Assembly (NCBI GenBank): GCA_001003605.1
Contig: LCPL01000003.1
Span: forward strand, 1,811 to 65,810
DNA: 64,000 bases
Direction of reading: 5' to 3'
Origin: Parcubacteria group bacterium GW2011_GWC2_48_17
Lineage (GTDB): Bacteria; Patescibacteriota; Minisyncoccia; Phycocordibacterales; UBA10002
How positions within the stretch are numbered: position 1 is the stretch's first letter; each line of letters begins with the position of its first letter. The translations under genes and the position numbers were made by a program. Positions 10,089 to 19,345 of the stretch are shown here, piece by piece. The notes under the pieces were generated by a model that did no database searches, had not been told where the DNA came from, and was given only the letters and a program-made list of their open reading frames with translations.

Positions 10089-10933
10089 ACAGCGATTTTG
10101 TTATGGCTGAATATAGACGATTCTTTTTGCGCAACTTTTTCTTTAACCATCTCAACATACTCTGGAATTATATCAATACCAATAGAATTACGCCCCATTC
10201 TTTGTGATACTTCCGAAGTAGTGCCCGAACCCAGAAATGGATCTAAAACCCAATCATTTGGTTGGGTAAATAATTTGATAAACCATTCCGGCAATTCTTC
10301 TGGAAAAGTCGCACTATGGTTTTTGTTGTTACAAACGGTCGCGAATTGCAAAACATTGTTAGGATACACCATGCTCCGCTTCAACCAGTTAGAGATGTTT
10401 TTACCAAACCCGCTACCGCTTTTAGAATTATCTCGTATTTTGTCTGTCTCGCTCAAATTTTTCAGTCGACCATTCGCCCAATCACCAACTGGTACCATTA
10501 CCGCCTCTTGATACATATTAAAATCGCGCGCCTTGTTGAATTGCAATACTCGTTCCCATGAGTCGCGAAAACGATTTGGCCATTTACCAGGATAACTATT
10601 TTTTTTATGCCAGATAAATTCTTCCGTCCATAGCCACCCCTGTTTACGCAACGCTAAAATAAGCTCAAGCACATAAGTACTGCGCTCACCGTTCTCAGCT
10701 TTTTCCTTGATGTTTAGAATAAAGGTGCCTGTCGGTTTTAATACGCGTAATAATTGCTCGCTGACGGGTAAAAACCATTCAACATATTTTTCAGTGCTGA
10801 TACCGCCATAGGTATTTTTTCTTCTGTCCGCATAAGGCGGTGAAGTGACAATCAAATCAATCAAATTGTCATCAATTTCTTTAAGCACTTCACGCGAATC
10901 ACCAAGTAGTATTTTTGTTGTTATATTATGCAT
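10085..10933 (-). CDS. N4/N6 DNA methyltransferase, beta class
   Basis: TSPPY precedes DPFLGSGTT; HSATFP. Confidence 0.93.
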   Translation of the reverse strand: MHNITTKILLGDSREVLKEIDDNLIDLIVTSPPYADRRKNTYGGISTEKYVEWFLPVSEQLLRVLKPTGTFILNIKEKAENGERSTYVLELILALRKQGWLWTEEFIWHKKNSYPGKWPNRFRDSWERVLQFNKARDFNMYQEAVMVPVGDWANGRLKNLSETDKIRDNSKSGSGFGKNISNWLKRSMVYPNNVLQFATVCNNKNHSATFPEELPEWFIKLFTQPNDWVLDPFLGSGTTSEVSQRMGRNSIGIDIIPEYVEMVKEKVAQKESSIFSHNKIAV

Positions 10934-10952
10934 AACTTCATTTTAACATTTT

Positions 10953-11294
10953 TGTGATTGTCTATAAAATACTCAACAAGTTGTGGAATATATTTCCCTT
11001 TGTACGGATGAAGCCGGCGTACATGCTTTGTGGTATCTTTCTCGCGTAAATTATCAAATGAAAGTGTCCAGTTTAAATCATTACCGAGATTTTTTTCCAA
11101 CTGATTTCGCGATTCCCGTTGTAGGATTCATAGTATTTCTTGAGATCACTCAAATCAACCAGAGTGGAACCGTTTTCGCCATGTTTTTTTACCTTGCCGT
11201 ATTGCACAAGGTAAGAAATGTTTGTCGGGGAGACCTCTTTTTCAAGATAATCGGTAGCCCACTTTGATGCTTCTGGTATTGACACTAAAGACAT
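10953..11294 (-). pseudogene. frameshifted, truncated N-terminus of a second DNA methyltransferase
   Basis: HTH-like start; after an A7 run the frame shifts to LGNDLNWTLSFD..TTKHVRRLHPYKGKYIPQLVEYFIDNH and then ends. Confidence 0.7.
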
Positions 11295-11716
11295 AGGAAA
11301 ATTATAGCAAATTACTTTTGATTATGTTAGCAACACACTCCCTTCGGCACGGACAACAATATGATAGAATGACCGGACGAAACCATACTGTTCTTCTTTG
11401 TCTTCGCCTTTCTTCTCCCGAGCCTCCGCTTTTCCATTACTGACTTAAAAAACACGCGCGCATTCTTAAGAAAAAATGGAAAAGGAAAGCGGGGCGAGGG
11501 TGAGAAGCGAAACTTCCCGCTTCGCAAGACCTTGAGCGTTTTGTCTTCAAAATGCGAAAGGTGTACAGCTTCTGTAAGAAGACCGCCGGAGTCCCCCGAG
11601 TCGGCGAGGAGGGACGGAGGCGGGGAGCGCCGAGGCTCTGCGAGGCGCAAAGGACTTCATTCTTCGGCTAGGTTTTGTTTGAAAAAGGTTCTAACTTGGT
11701 CGTATAATGCAGTCAA

Positions 11717-11849
11717 CGAGCTCAGGCGAAGTTGACACTGAGCATAGCAATGCGAAGTGTTCCCCTGTCTTCCGAGCTCAGGCGAAGTTGACACTGAGCA
11801 TAGCAATGCGAAGTGTGAGCATAGCAATGCGAAGTGTTCCCCTGTCTTT
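11717..11849. repeat. tandem REP-like cluster (56-bp unit, about 2.4 copies)
   Basis: GAGCATAGCAATGCGAAGTGT occurs three times; CGAGCTCAGGCGAAGTTGACACT occurs twice. Confidence 0.9.
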
Positions 11850-11884
11850 TGAGTGTGAGCGAGCGTAGAGAGTCAAAGGACTAT

Positions 11885-12133
11885 ATGTATTTTGTATATA
11901 TTATCGAATGTAGTGACGGTTCTCTCTACACGGGTATAACCACAAATGTAGAGCGTCGCTTTAATGAACATAAGAACAAAAGTGGTGGTCATTACACAAG
12001 CTCAAAGCAAGTAGTCAAAATTGTTTATACGGAAGGACATCCTAATAGGTCAGCAGCTCTGAAAAGAGAAGCAGAGATAAAGGGGTGGACGCGACAAAAG
12101 AAATTCGAATTAATACAGTTGAGACACTCTTGA
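11885..12133 (+). CDS. GIY-YIG nuclease (UPF0213-like)
   Basis: YFVYIIEC.DGSLYTGITTNVERR..EH, ALKREAEIK. Confidence 0.9.
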   Translation: MYFVYIIECSDGSLYTGITTNVERRFNEHKNKSGGHYTSSKQVVKIVYTEGHPNRSAALKREAEIKGWTRQKKFELIQLRHS

Positions 12134-12260
12134 AATAGCTCATCGGATTCGACAAACTCACCACAGGTAGATTTATGAAAAGAGCGGAGAAAGGGAGATT
12201 TCTACAAATCGGATTGATTCGTCTATACCGATGGTATACTTGATTTATCAAAGAGTCCGC

Positions 12261-12297
12261 TGCCGGGTCGCCTGCCTGCGCAGGCAGGTTCAACTGG
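12261..12297 (+). repeat. duplicated 5' end of the downstream tRNA, interrupted by an 18-bp palindrome
   Basis: TGCCGGGTCG[CCTGCCTGCGCAGGCAGG]TTCAACTGG vs TGCCGGGTCGTTCAACTGG at 12556. Confidence 0.85.
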
Positions 12298-12306
12298 TCA
12301 GAAACC

Positions 12307-12594
12307 ATGTATTCCGTTTATATTTTGAAAAGTGAGAAAAGACATTGGTATTATGTGGGCAGTACGGACAACATATATCGGCGGATAGGAGAGCACAATA
12401 GGAGTGAAGTTACTTCAACAAAACTTTGGCTACCACTCAGACTTGTATATATAAAGGAATTCCAATTAGAGATTGAAGCCCGGAGATTTGAAAAAAAGTT
12501 GAAACAATGTCGTCGGGAAAAAGAAGCCTTGATAAGAAGTATCGAAAAAGAACATTGCCGGGTCGTTCAACTGGCGAGGACGCTGCGGCTCTGA
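12307..12594 (+). CDS. GIY-YIG nuclease whose C-terminus overlaps a tRNA
   Basis: YSVYILKS..YYVGSTDNI.RR..EHN, EARRFEKKLK. Confidence 0.88.
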   Translation: MYSVYILKSEKRHWYYVGSTDNIYRRIGEHNRSEVTSTKLWLPLRLVYIKEFQLEIEARRFEKKLKQCRREKEALIRSIEKEHCRVVQLARTLRL

Positions 12595-12629
12595 ACCGCA
12601 GTATCTAGGTTCAACTCCTAGCCCGGCAT
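12556..12629 (+). tRNA. atypical tRNA-Gln(CTG)
   Basis: TGCCGGG/CCCGGCA acceptor, CTGCGG-CTCTGAA-CCGCAG, CTAGG-TTCAACT-CCTAG; no encoded CCA. Confidence 0.8.
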
Positions 12630-12720
12630 CCGATGGAAGATCTCTTCGTCACCAGACGGATTAGACTCTCATCGTCCCGAGACTTTTGCGAGGGACATAA
12701 AAATAAATGGCATTGACCCC

Positions 12721-13578
12721 ATGCAATCATCCATTCGTATATTTCTGTTAATACTTGCTGGACTGCTTCCTGCGCCGGCTTTGTTTGCTCATGGAGGCGA
12801 ACTGCTCCTAACGCCAGAAGCGGTGGCGCAGGGCGAACCTTTCATGGTTACGCTTGCTGGCATCGACATTCGTGATGTCAAAAAACTCACTTGGGACGCC
12901 AGGAGGATTCCCGTATTTCTCTACAAGAGCAAGCTGACCGCGCTCGTCGGCGTTGACCTTTTGGCACGGGCAGGGAAGCATACACTCAAACTTACGACGC
13001 TGGACCTCGATGAAGTTGCAGCCACAGTGACAGTAAGGAAGCGCCCAAAGATTACCGCTCCGCTCGGTATTCCGGACAAACTGGGAGGGAATACGAGGGT
13101 CGCGCAAAATAGGCTGGTCACGACGCTTGTGGAAGACAACGCGATTCTGGCGAAAATAATCACCACACCCGTTCCGGCGTGGAGCGGTGCCTTCAGGTTT
13201 CCACTCAGGAATATAGAAATTATTGACGCGTATGGATATTCACGAAATACCGGCTCTTATTCCATTCCACACAAGGGTACGGATTTTCGAGCCGCCACCA
13301 GTACCGCTGTTCTCGCAATCAATGACGGTGTCGTGAGATTGGCGCGCGAATTTACGGTGTACGGAAAGACAGTCGCAATTGATCACGGGGGCGGGGTGGT
13401 GAGCTTATCGATGCATCTTTCCAAGATACAGGTGAAAGAGGGACAAAAGATAAAGCGGGGAGACAAAGTAGGCTTTTCAGGTGATACCGGTTACGCGCTC
13501 GGCCCCCACCTCCATCTTTCCGTCCGCATACATGGCGTATCCGTCGACCCGATTAAATTCTTCGCTCTATTTCGATAA
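12721..13578 (+). CDS. M23 family metallopeptidase, exported
   Basis: signal peptide, HKGTD, HLS, GPHLH. Confidence 0.9.
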   Translation: MQSSIRIFLLILAGLLPAPALFAHGGELLLTPEAVAQGEPFMVTLAGIDIRDVKKLTWDARRIPVFLYKSKLTALVGVDLLARAGKHTLKLTTLDLDEVAATVTVRKRPKITAPLGIPDKLGGNTRVAQNRLVTTLVEDNAILAKIITTPVPAWSGAFRFPLRNIEIIDAYGYSRNTGSYSIPHKGTDFRAATSTAVLAINDGVVRLAREFTVYGKTVAIDHGGGVVSLSMHLSKIQVKEGQKIKRGDKVGFSGDTGYALGPHLHLSVRIHGVSVDPIKFFALFR

Positions 13579-13607
13579 CTTTTGTCATTCTCGCGCACGC
13601 TGGAATC

Positions 13608-13742
13608 CAACAAAAAGACACCGCTCTTAAAGAGCTGGGATGGCGCGTATTCCGCCTCACCGAAGAATATATTCTCGATAATCTCGACCAATGTATATCC
13701 CGCATTCTAAAAATTACAAATTCTTTGAGCAATTACCAATAA
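13608..13742 (+). pseudogene. C-terminal remnant of a DUF559/Vsr-like endonuclease
   Basis: start-less frame QQKDTALKELGWRVFRLTEEYILDNLDQCISRI; preceded by REP-like TGTCATTCTCGCGCACGCTGGAATCCA. Confidence 0.55.
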
Positions 13743-13836
13743 AATTCTTATAAGCTAGTTCGCACGAATTAGCCTATAGCTATTGAAAAACACCTATGTT
13801 TAAACAAAGTGGGAAGCACTCAAGTGGAGTGCTTCC

Positions 13837-14112
13837 CTAGGAAGATTTAGGAGGCCTACGAGCTTCAGTGCCTGGCGGCGGAGTGCCGGTCAGCCTAAGG
13901 TTTGGTAATTTGAGTATCTCGAATTCTTTTGGGTCGCATCTTTGCGTGATGGTTTTGTCGCCGTTGAAAATGGCACCAAACATGTTATTTCCTACATCAA
14001 TCGCCCTAACTGTAGCGGTAGTGTTTTGACGACTGCCGCTTATCTTGATGACCCGCATACCAATTCGTAGTTCTTTCGTGTCTAACGTTTTCATAGTGCG
14101 TATTCCTCTCAT
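13837..14112 (-). CDS. hypothetical protein (small beta-rich)
   Basis: 91-aa ORF with hairpin GGGAAGCACTC..GAGTGCTTCCC at 13811-13837. Confidence 0.5.
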   Translation of the reverse strand: MRGIRTMKTLDTKELRIGMRVIKISGSRQNTTATVRAIDVGNNMFGAIFNGDKTITQRCDPKEFEILKLPNLRLTGTPPPGTEARRPPKSS

Positions 14113-14280
14113 GAGCGGGCATAGCCCGAGTTTCTGTCTTTATTGTATGAGAGAGATTATTTTTGTAAAGGTGTCGTCGGCGGAGTTTTTTTTGGTCTGA
14201 TTAATTGCCTCATGTTTCAATCTTATGTTTCAATGCCAGCTTTCCACGCGTGGAGTTCGGTGTTGTATAATGGTGCGACT

Positions 14281-16062
14281 ATGACTCAAGATGAAGCTTT
14301 AAAAATACTCAAAACCGGGGCGAATGTGTTTCTCACAGGAGAACCGGGAAGCGGCAAGACGCATACAATAAACCAGTATGTTTCGTATCTAAACTTCTGC
14401 GGAATAGAACCGGCGGTTACCGCCTCAACTGGCATCGCCGCGACCCATATTAGCGGAATGACTATTCACTCGTGGTGCGGCATCGGCATTCGACACAAGC
14501 TTACGCCCTATGACCTTGATTCAATTGCAGGAAATAAAAAAGTTATTGCTCGGGTGTGGAACGCACGCGTTCTAATTATTGACGAGGTCTCGATGCTTTC
14601 GGCACAAACGCTCGCCATGGCCGACGCAATCTGCCGTGAAGTGCGCCGAAAAGAAGAACCGTTTGGAGGACTTCAAGTCGTTTTCGTAGGAGATTTTTTC
14701 CAGCTTCCGCCAATCTCTCGACAAGAAGAAAATAGAACGGAATCCCAAAAAGAAATGTTCGCGGCGACGCATTCGCAGACCGGCGGATACGCGGCTGATT
14801 TTGCGTTTGTTTCTTCTGTGTGGCAGAAAGCCGCCCCAATCGTCTGCTATCTTTCAGAACAACACCGTCAAGATGACAAGACATTCCTCGAATTTTTAGG
14901 CGCTGTGCGACGCGGGACGGTCGCGGAACGACACAAGGAGCTCCTCCGTACGCGTTACCGAAAAACCGCGGAGAATGGCACTACCCAGCTCTACTCTCAC
15001 AATGCGAACGTCGACCACATCAACACCACCGAGCTTTCAAAACTCCCCGGGGAGCCGAAAGTATTCGTCATGACCGGAAGAGGACCCGACCCTCTCACTG
15101 TTGCCTTAAAGCGCGGGTGTCTTTCGCCCGAAGTCCTTTCACTAAAGCTCGGCGCGCGAGTCATGTTCACGAAAAATGATATCGCGGGACGATTTATGAA
15201 CGGCACCACCGGCGTAATTGCTGGATTTTCCAAGGAAACCGGCACGCCAATCGTCAAAACAGGTTCAGGCCGTATGATTCTCGCCGAACCTCTCGAATGG
15301 AACATGCAGGACGGCGGCAGAATCTTAGCTCGTATCATACAAGTGCCGCTTCGGCTCGCGTGGGCAATAACGGTGCACAAGAGCCAGGGCATGTCGCTCG
15401 ATAGCGCGCACATGGACCTTTCTGGCGCGTTCGAGTACGGCCAAGGATATGTGGCGATATCGCGAGTTCGTACGCTCCAAGGATTGTCGCTCTCGGGCCT
15501 CAACGCGCGAGCGCTCGAAGTTCACCCAAAAGTATTCTCGCGGGACAAACACTTTCGCGCGGAGTCCGACGCGGCGCGCGAAAAATTCCAAACGATGGAC
15601 GAAAGAGAACTCGCGGAACTTCACAACAATTTTATTCGCGCGCTTGGCGGCAAACCCGGAGCAGAAAAGCCAGTCCATAAGAAAAAAGAGAAAGTTGAAA
15701 CGCTCTCTCTGACCAGAAGACTTGTTTCCCGAAAACTCTCTCTTGCCGAAATGGCAAAGGAGCGAAGTATAACTATCGGTACCGTCATTCACCACCTCGA
15801 ACAACTTACCGCGAAAGGCGCTTTAAACCCAGAACACGACCTTATGCATCTCTCGCCCGACCCCGACCGATTCGCTAAGATAGAAAAAGCTTTCAAGAAA
15901 ATCAGTACCCAAGCCACGAGAGGGGAGCAGGATACGTTTTGCGACTCTTCCGGTCTCATCAAGCTGTCTCCTGTGCGCTCACTCCTCGATGACTCGTATT
16001 CGTTCGATGAACTCCGCCTCGCCCGTCTTTTCCTCCACTCCGTTTCCAAGGAGGAAAAATAG
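14281..16062 (+). CDS. PIF1-family helicase with C-terminal HTH
   Basis: GEPGSGKT, IIDEVSM, GDFFQLPP, LAWAITVHKSQG, YVAISR. Confidence 0.92.
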   Translation: MTQDEALKILKTGANVFLTGEPGSGKTHTINQYVSYLNFCGIEPAVTASTGIAATHISGMTIHSWCGIGIRHKLTPYDLDSIAGNKKVIARVWNARVLIIDEVSMLSAQTLAMADAICREVRRKEEPFGGLQVVFVGDFFQLPPISRQEENRTESQKEMFAATHSQTGGYAADFAFVSSVWQKAAPIVCYLSEQHRQDDKTFLEFLGAVRRGTVAERHKELLRTRYRKTAENGTTQLYSHNANVDHINTTELSKLPGEPKVFVMTGRGPDPLTVALKRGCLSPEVLSLKLGARVMFTKNDIAGRFMNGTTGVIAGFSKETGTPIVKTGSGRMILAEPLEWNMQDGGRILARIIQVPLRLAWAITVHKSQGMSLDSAHMDLSGAFEYGQGYVAISRVRTLQGLSLSGLNARALEVHPKVFSRDKHFRAESDAAREKFQTMDERELAELHNNFIRALGGKPGAEKPVHKKKEKVETLSLTRRLVSRKLSLAEMAKERSITIGTVIHHLEQLTAKGALNPEHDLMHLSPDPDRFAKIEKAFKKISTQATRGEQDTFCDSSGLIKLSPVRSLLDDSYSFDELRLARLFLHSVSKEEK

Positions 16063-16197
16063 TAGCGAATAGTATTTTTTCATAAATCGTAAATCATAAA
16101 TCCTTTCTCCAATTCATAATTCCTACCTCATACTCCATATTTTATATTCCGTCTTTTTAGTGTAGACTGTGTTTCGACTACTACTAACTTCAAATAT

Positions 16198-16821
16198 ATG
16201 GGAGATTTTAAGAAATATGGCGGAAATAAACAGAGAGGAGGCAATACCTTCAACCGTGGTCCGGGCGGGAGACCAAGCTTCGGTGGCGGCAAGCCGGACT
16301 TTAGGAGTGGCGACCGTGGCGAACGCGCCGGAGGTCCTGAGGGAACTCGAAGGGAAATGTTCAAGGCCGTCTGCGCCGAGTGCGGCAAACCGTGCGAGGT
16401 CCCGTTCCGACCGAGCGGCGATAGGCCCGTTTATTGCAAAGATTGCTTTCAGGCGATGGGTGGACCAGCCGCGCAGAATCGCGGCGACCGGGACGATCGA
16501 GGCGGTCGCGGTTCGCGCGGGCCATCACCGCAGAACTCTCAGAAAAGAGATTTCACTCCGCGACCTTCCTATACTCTGCCACAGCAGGGAAGCGGAGAAG
16601 ATAAACGTCTTGATGATCTGAAGATCCAACTTGCAACCGCGATTTCCAAACTCGACAAGCTCATTAACATCTTGGGGAACACGGCACATTCCGCTCCGAA
16701 GGCGGCGCAAGCGAACACCAAAACCTTGCATGATACGCTCGCCAGTATCGCCACCACCGCGTCAAAAAAAGAAACCGCAAAAGCTAAAACTCCCAAAAGG
16801 AAACCCGCCAAAAAGAAATAA
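16198..16821 (+). CDS. CxxC-x17-CxxC domain protein
   Basis: CAECGKPCEVPFRPSGDRPVYCKDCF in an RG-rich context. Confidence 0.88.
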   Translation: MGDFKKYGGNKQRGGNTFNRGPGGRPSFGGGKPDFRSGDRGERAGGPEGTRREMFKAVCAECGKPCEVPFRPSGDRPVYCKDCFQAMGGPAAQNRGDRDDRGGRGSRGPSPQNSQKRDFTPRPSYTLPQQGSGEDKRLDDLKIQLATAISKLDKLINILGNTAHSAPKAAQANTKTLHDTLASIATTASKKETAKAKTPKRKPAKKK

Positions 16822-16973
16822 TTTCTTCCTCTCTGTTTTCCAAAATTCAATGGTCGTGTCCTCTGCCGACAGGCGGAGTAATCGTTGATCTCCTTGCTTT
16901 CAAGAATTCCCCCCCATCGTTTCGGGTGACAATGTGATTGCGTTCCAGTCGAAGTGGGCATACAGTAATCAGT

Positions 16974-18548
16974 ATGCAAAATGAGACTCGCGTTAACTTG
17001 AAACATCTCCTTGAGGATATGCGGGACAGCTACAACGCCCCGCTTGAAGAAGTAATTCTCACCGAGCTTATCGCCAACGCGCTCGATTCAAAGGCGACGC
17101 GGCTTGACTTTATAGCGGATGCGACCGGCCGGTTTCTTCGCTGTGTTGACAATGGCGCGGGGATGAAACGCCAGCAACTCAAGGAATACCACAATATAGC
17201 TTCTTCCGACAAGGTGCGCGGACAAGGTATCGGGTTCGCAGGAGTCGGCGCCAAGCTTTCGCTTCTTCTTGCCGAACGGGTGGTGACGGAGAGTAGGGGT
17301 GGGCGAGGCTCTCGAGCCGCGACCGAGTGGAGGCTCACGAACCCCTATCGCGCTCCGTGGAAATTCATCCCGACTTCGGGTGCCGTAACTTTTCCGCGAG
17401 GCACCAGCGTAACGATACATTTTGCCGACAACCAGCCGCACCTTTTGCGGAAAGAATTTGTCGTTCAAACCGTTATCAAACATTTTTACCCGCTTTTTCA
17501 TGACCATCTCCGCGAGGCAATACTTCGGTTTGTGTATCGCAAGGGCATCGAGATTACGGTTAACGGCGAGTTACTCATACTTCCCGATACTGAACAACGC
17601 GTTGACAATGAATTCAAAGTCTTTTTAGGCAAAGGCCGCCGGCCTATCGGAGCTGGATTCCTCACAAAGAAAGTTCTTGAACAAGGATGGCTCGCGCGGC
17701 TCGCAGGTCGCGCGCCAAACGAACTGCGCATTGCATCTGGGCTCTCGATCTCAACCTACGGCAAAGTGATTAAAACCGGCTGGGAGTGGGTCGGTATCAT
17801 ACCGAAAAGCGCGGGCGCACTCTGCGGCGTGGTTGAAGTTCCGGCCGTTTCTGAAGTGCTGACTACCAACAAAAGCGATTTTTTGACCGATGCCGCGCAT
17901 CTGCGCAAATTTTATCGTTTCCGCAAGGCGATACAGCAGGCGATTCTTCCGGTGCTTCGTTCACTCGGGGAGTATGGCGGCACAGACCGGGGAAGCGCGA
18001 CAAAGAATGTTAAAGCCATCGAGCGGCAGATAGAAACCACGCTTGATGGACTTTCCACCGACTATCCAGAGCTCGAATCACTTCTCGGCTCGCGGCGCGG
18101 CATAGGCCTCGGAGCGGAACGGAAAAGAGAGAAGCATGGCGGGGAAGACGGAGGCACAGACGAGACGCATACAAATAAGGACAACGCGGCAACGTCTCTT
18201 CGCAATGAACGGGCTGAAAAAAAGAAACGCTCCGGCAAAGACGGCGAAACGGCGTCAAAGAAAAAGCCGGGGCTGACATTGCTTCTCGAGGACCTTACTG
18301 ATGCGCCCGATATGCTCGGCCGAATGCTTGAAGACACGGTGTCCATAAACACGCTTCACCCAGCGTGGAAAAAATCGCTCGAAACAAAACAGGAGGAATA
18401 TCATATTTTGGTCGTGGTCGGTCTCTCGCTTGCCGAATTTGTGTCTCCGGAAAAGCACCCAGTCGAATTTCTTGCTAAATTTCTTTCGTCGTGGAGTGCG
18501 GTCGGCACAGGTGGCTCCGAAACGAGCGTCCAAACCTCGCTCCTCTGA
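16974..18548 (+). CDS. GHKL (MORC/Hsp90-like) ATPase
   Basis: TELIANALD, DNGAGM, GIGFAGVGAK, RGTSV. Confidence 0.8.
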   Translation: MQNETRVNLKHLLEDMRDSYNAPLEEVILTELIANALDSKATRLDFIADATGRFLRCVDNGAGMKRQQLKEYHNIASSDKVRGQGIGFAGVGAKLSLLLAERVVTESRGGRGSRAATEWRLTNPYRAPWKFIPTSGAVTFPRGTSVTIHFADNQPHLLRKEFVVQTVIKHFYPLFHDHLREAILRFVYRKGIEITVNGELLILPDTEQRVDNEFKVFLGKGRRPIGAGFLTKKVLEQGWLARLAGRAPNELRIASGLSISTYGKVIKTGWEWVGIIPKSAGALCGVVEVPAVSEVLTTNKSDFLTDAAHLRKFYRFRKAIQQAILPVLRSLGEYGGTDRGSATKNVKAIERQIETTLDGLSTDYPELESLLGSRRGIGLGAERKREKHGGEDGGTDETHTNKDNAATSLRNERAEKKKRSGKDGETASKKKPGLTLLLEDLTDAPDMLGRMLEDTVSINTLHPAWKKSLETKQEEYHILVVVGLSLAEFVSPEKHPVEFLAKFLSSWSAVGTGGSETSVQTSLL

Positions 18549-18574
18549 CCGCACCCCATACCGATTACCTTTTT

Positions 18575-18604
18575 TGCTTCTCTTTACCCAAGTAAAGTGC
18601 AGCA
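18575..18604. repeat. 30-bp palindrome, family B
   Basis: TGCTTCTCTTTAC-CCAA-GTAAAGTGCAGCA; relatives at 46521 and 48531. Confidence 0.75.
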
Positions 18605-18657
18605 GTGGAGTTCAGAACATACCGGCATACTTCCTCCCTTCTCTCTGTCTCCATTTC

Positions 18658-18687
18658 TATTCCATTATTCGCGCGAATGGTGGAATA
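18658..18687. repeat. 30-bp palindrome, family A
   Basis: TATTCCATTATTCGCGCGAATGGTGGAATA; near-identical to 33675-33704. Confidence 0.88.
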
Positions 18688-18759
18688 GAAGGGATATTGA
18701 GAAGTAGGGGGCGCTGGCTCCAATCTCTATACGGCGTGTACCTATGATAAAATAGAGGT

Positions 18760-19344
18760 ATGAAAGAATGGACGTTGGGCATTATACTGTTGGGAGTAGT
18801 GGGGGTGGCAGTTTGGGTTGTATTGCCCAAAAAAGAGCATGTGCCTCTGCAGTTTCAAGGTAGATCAATGCAAAAATCTATGCAAGAAATTAAAGTGACA
18901 AGTAGCGCGTTTCAGCACAACTGGATGATTCCGGAGAAGTTCACCTGTGATGGAGACAATGTAAGTCCGCCGATTGAGATTGGGAGAGTGCCGGAGGGTG
19001 CGAAGTTTCTTGCGCTTATCATGCACGACCCTGACGCTCCTCGAGCGGGCGGTTGGACACACTGGGTGAAGTTCAATATGAAGATGAATAATGAATTAGG
19101 AATTATGAATATAGAAGAGGGAAAAGAGCCGGAAGGAGTGTCGGGAAAAGGAACGGGCGGAAATGCAACCTATCAGGGGCCGTGTCCGCCGTCAGGAATG
19201 CATCGATACTTTTTCAATGTGTATGCGCTTAATACTGAACTTGCGCTCAAAGAAGGCGCGACGAAGGCGGAACTTGAATCGGCCATGGAAGGACACATCC
19301 TCGCCAAAGGCGAGCTTGTCGGTCTGTATTCGCGTAAAAAATGA
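18760..19344 (+). CDS. YbhB/YbcL Raf-kinase-inhibitor-like protein
   Basis: DPDAP..WTHW, YQGPCPPSG.HRYFF; N-terminal TM. Confidence 0.92.
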   Translation: MKEWTLGIILLGVVGVAVWVVLPKKEHVPLQFQGRSMQKSMQEIKVTSSAFQHNWMIPEKFTCDGDNVSPPIEIGRVPEGAKFLALIMHDPDAPRAGGWTHWVKFNMKMNNELGIMNIEEGKEPEGVSGKGTGGNATYQGPCPPSGMHRYFFNVYALNTELALKEGATKAELESAMEGHILAKGELVGLYSRKK

Positions 19345-19345
19345 A

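Noticed and set aside
11717-11849. Possible CRISPR array
   Set aside because: The sequence between repeats is itself repeated, there are no unique spacers, and no cas genes are present.
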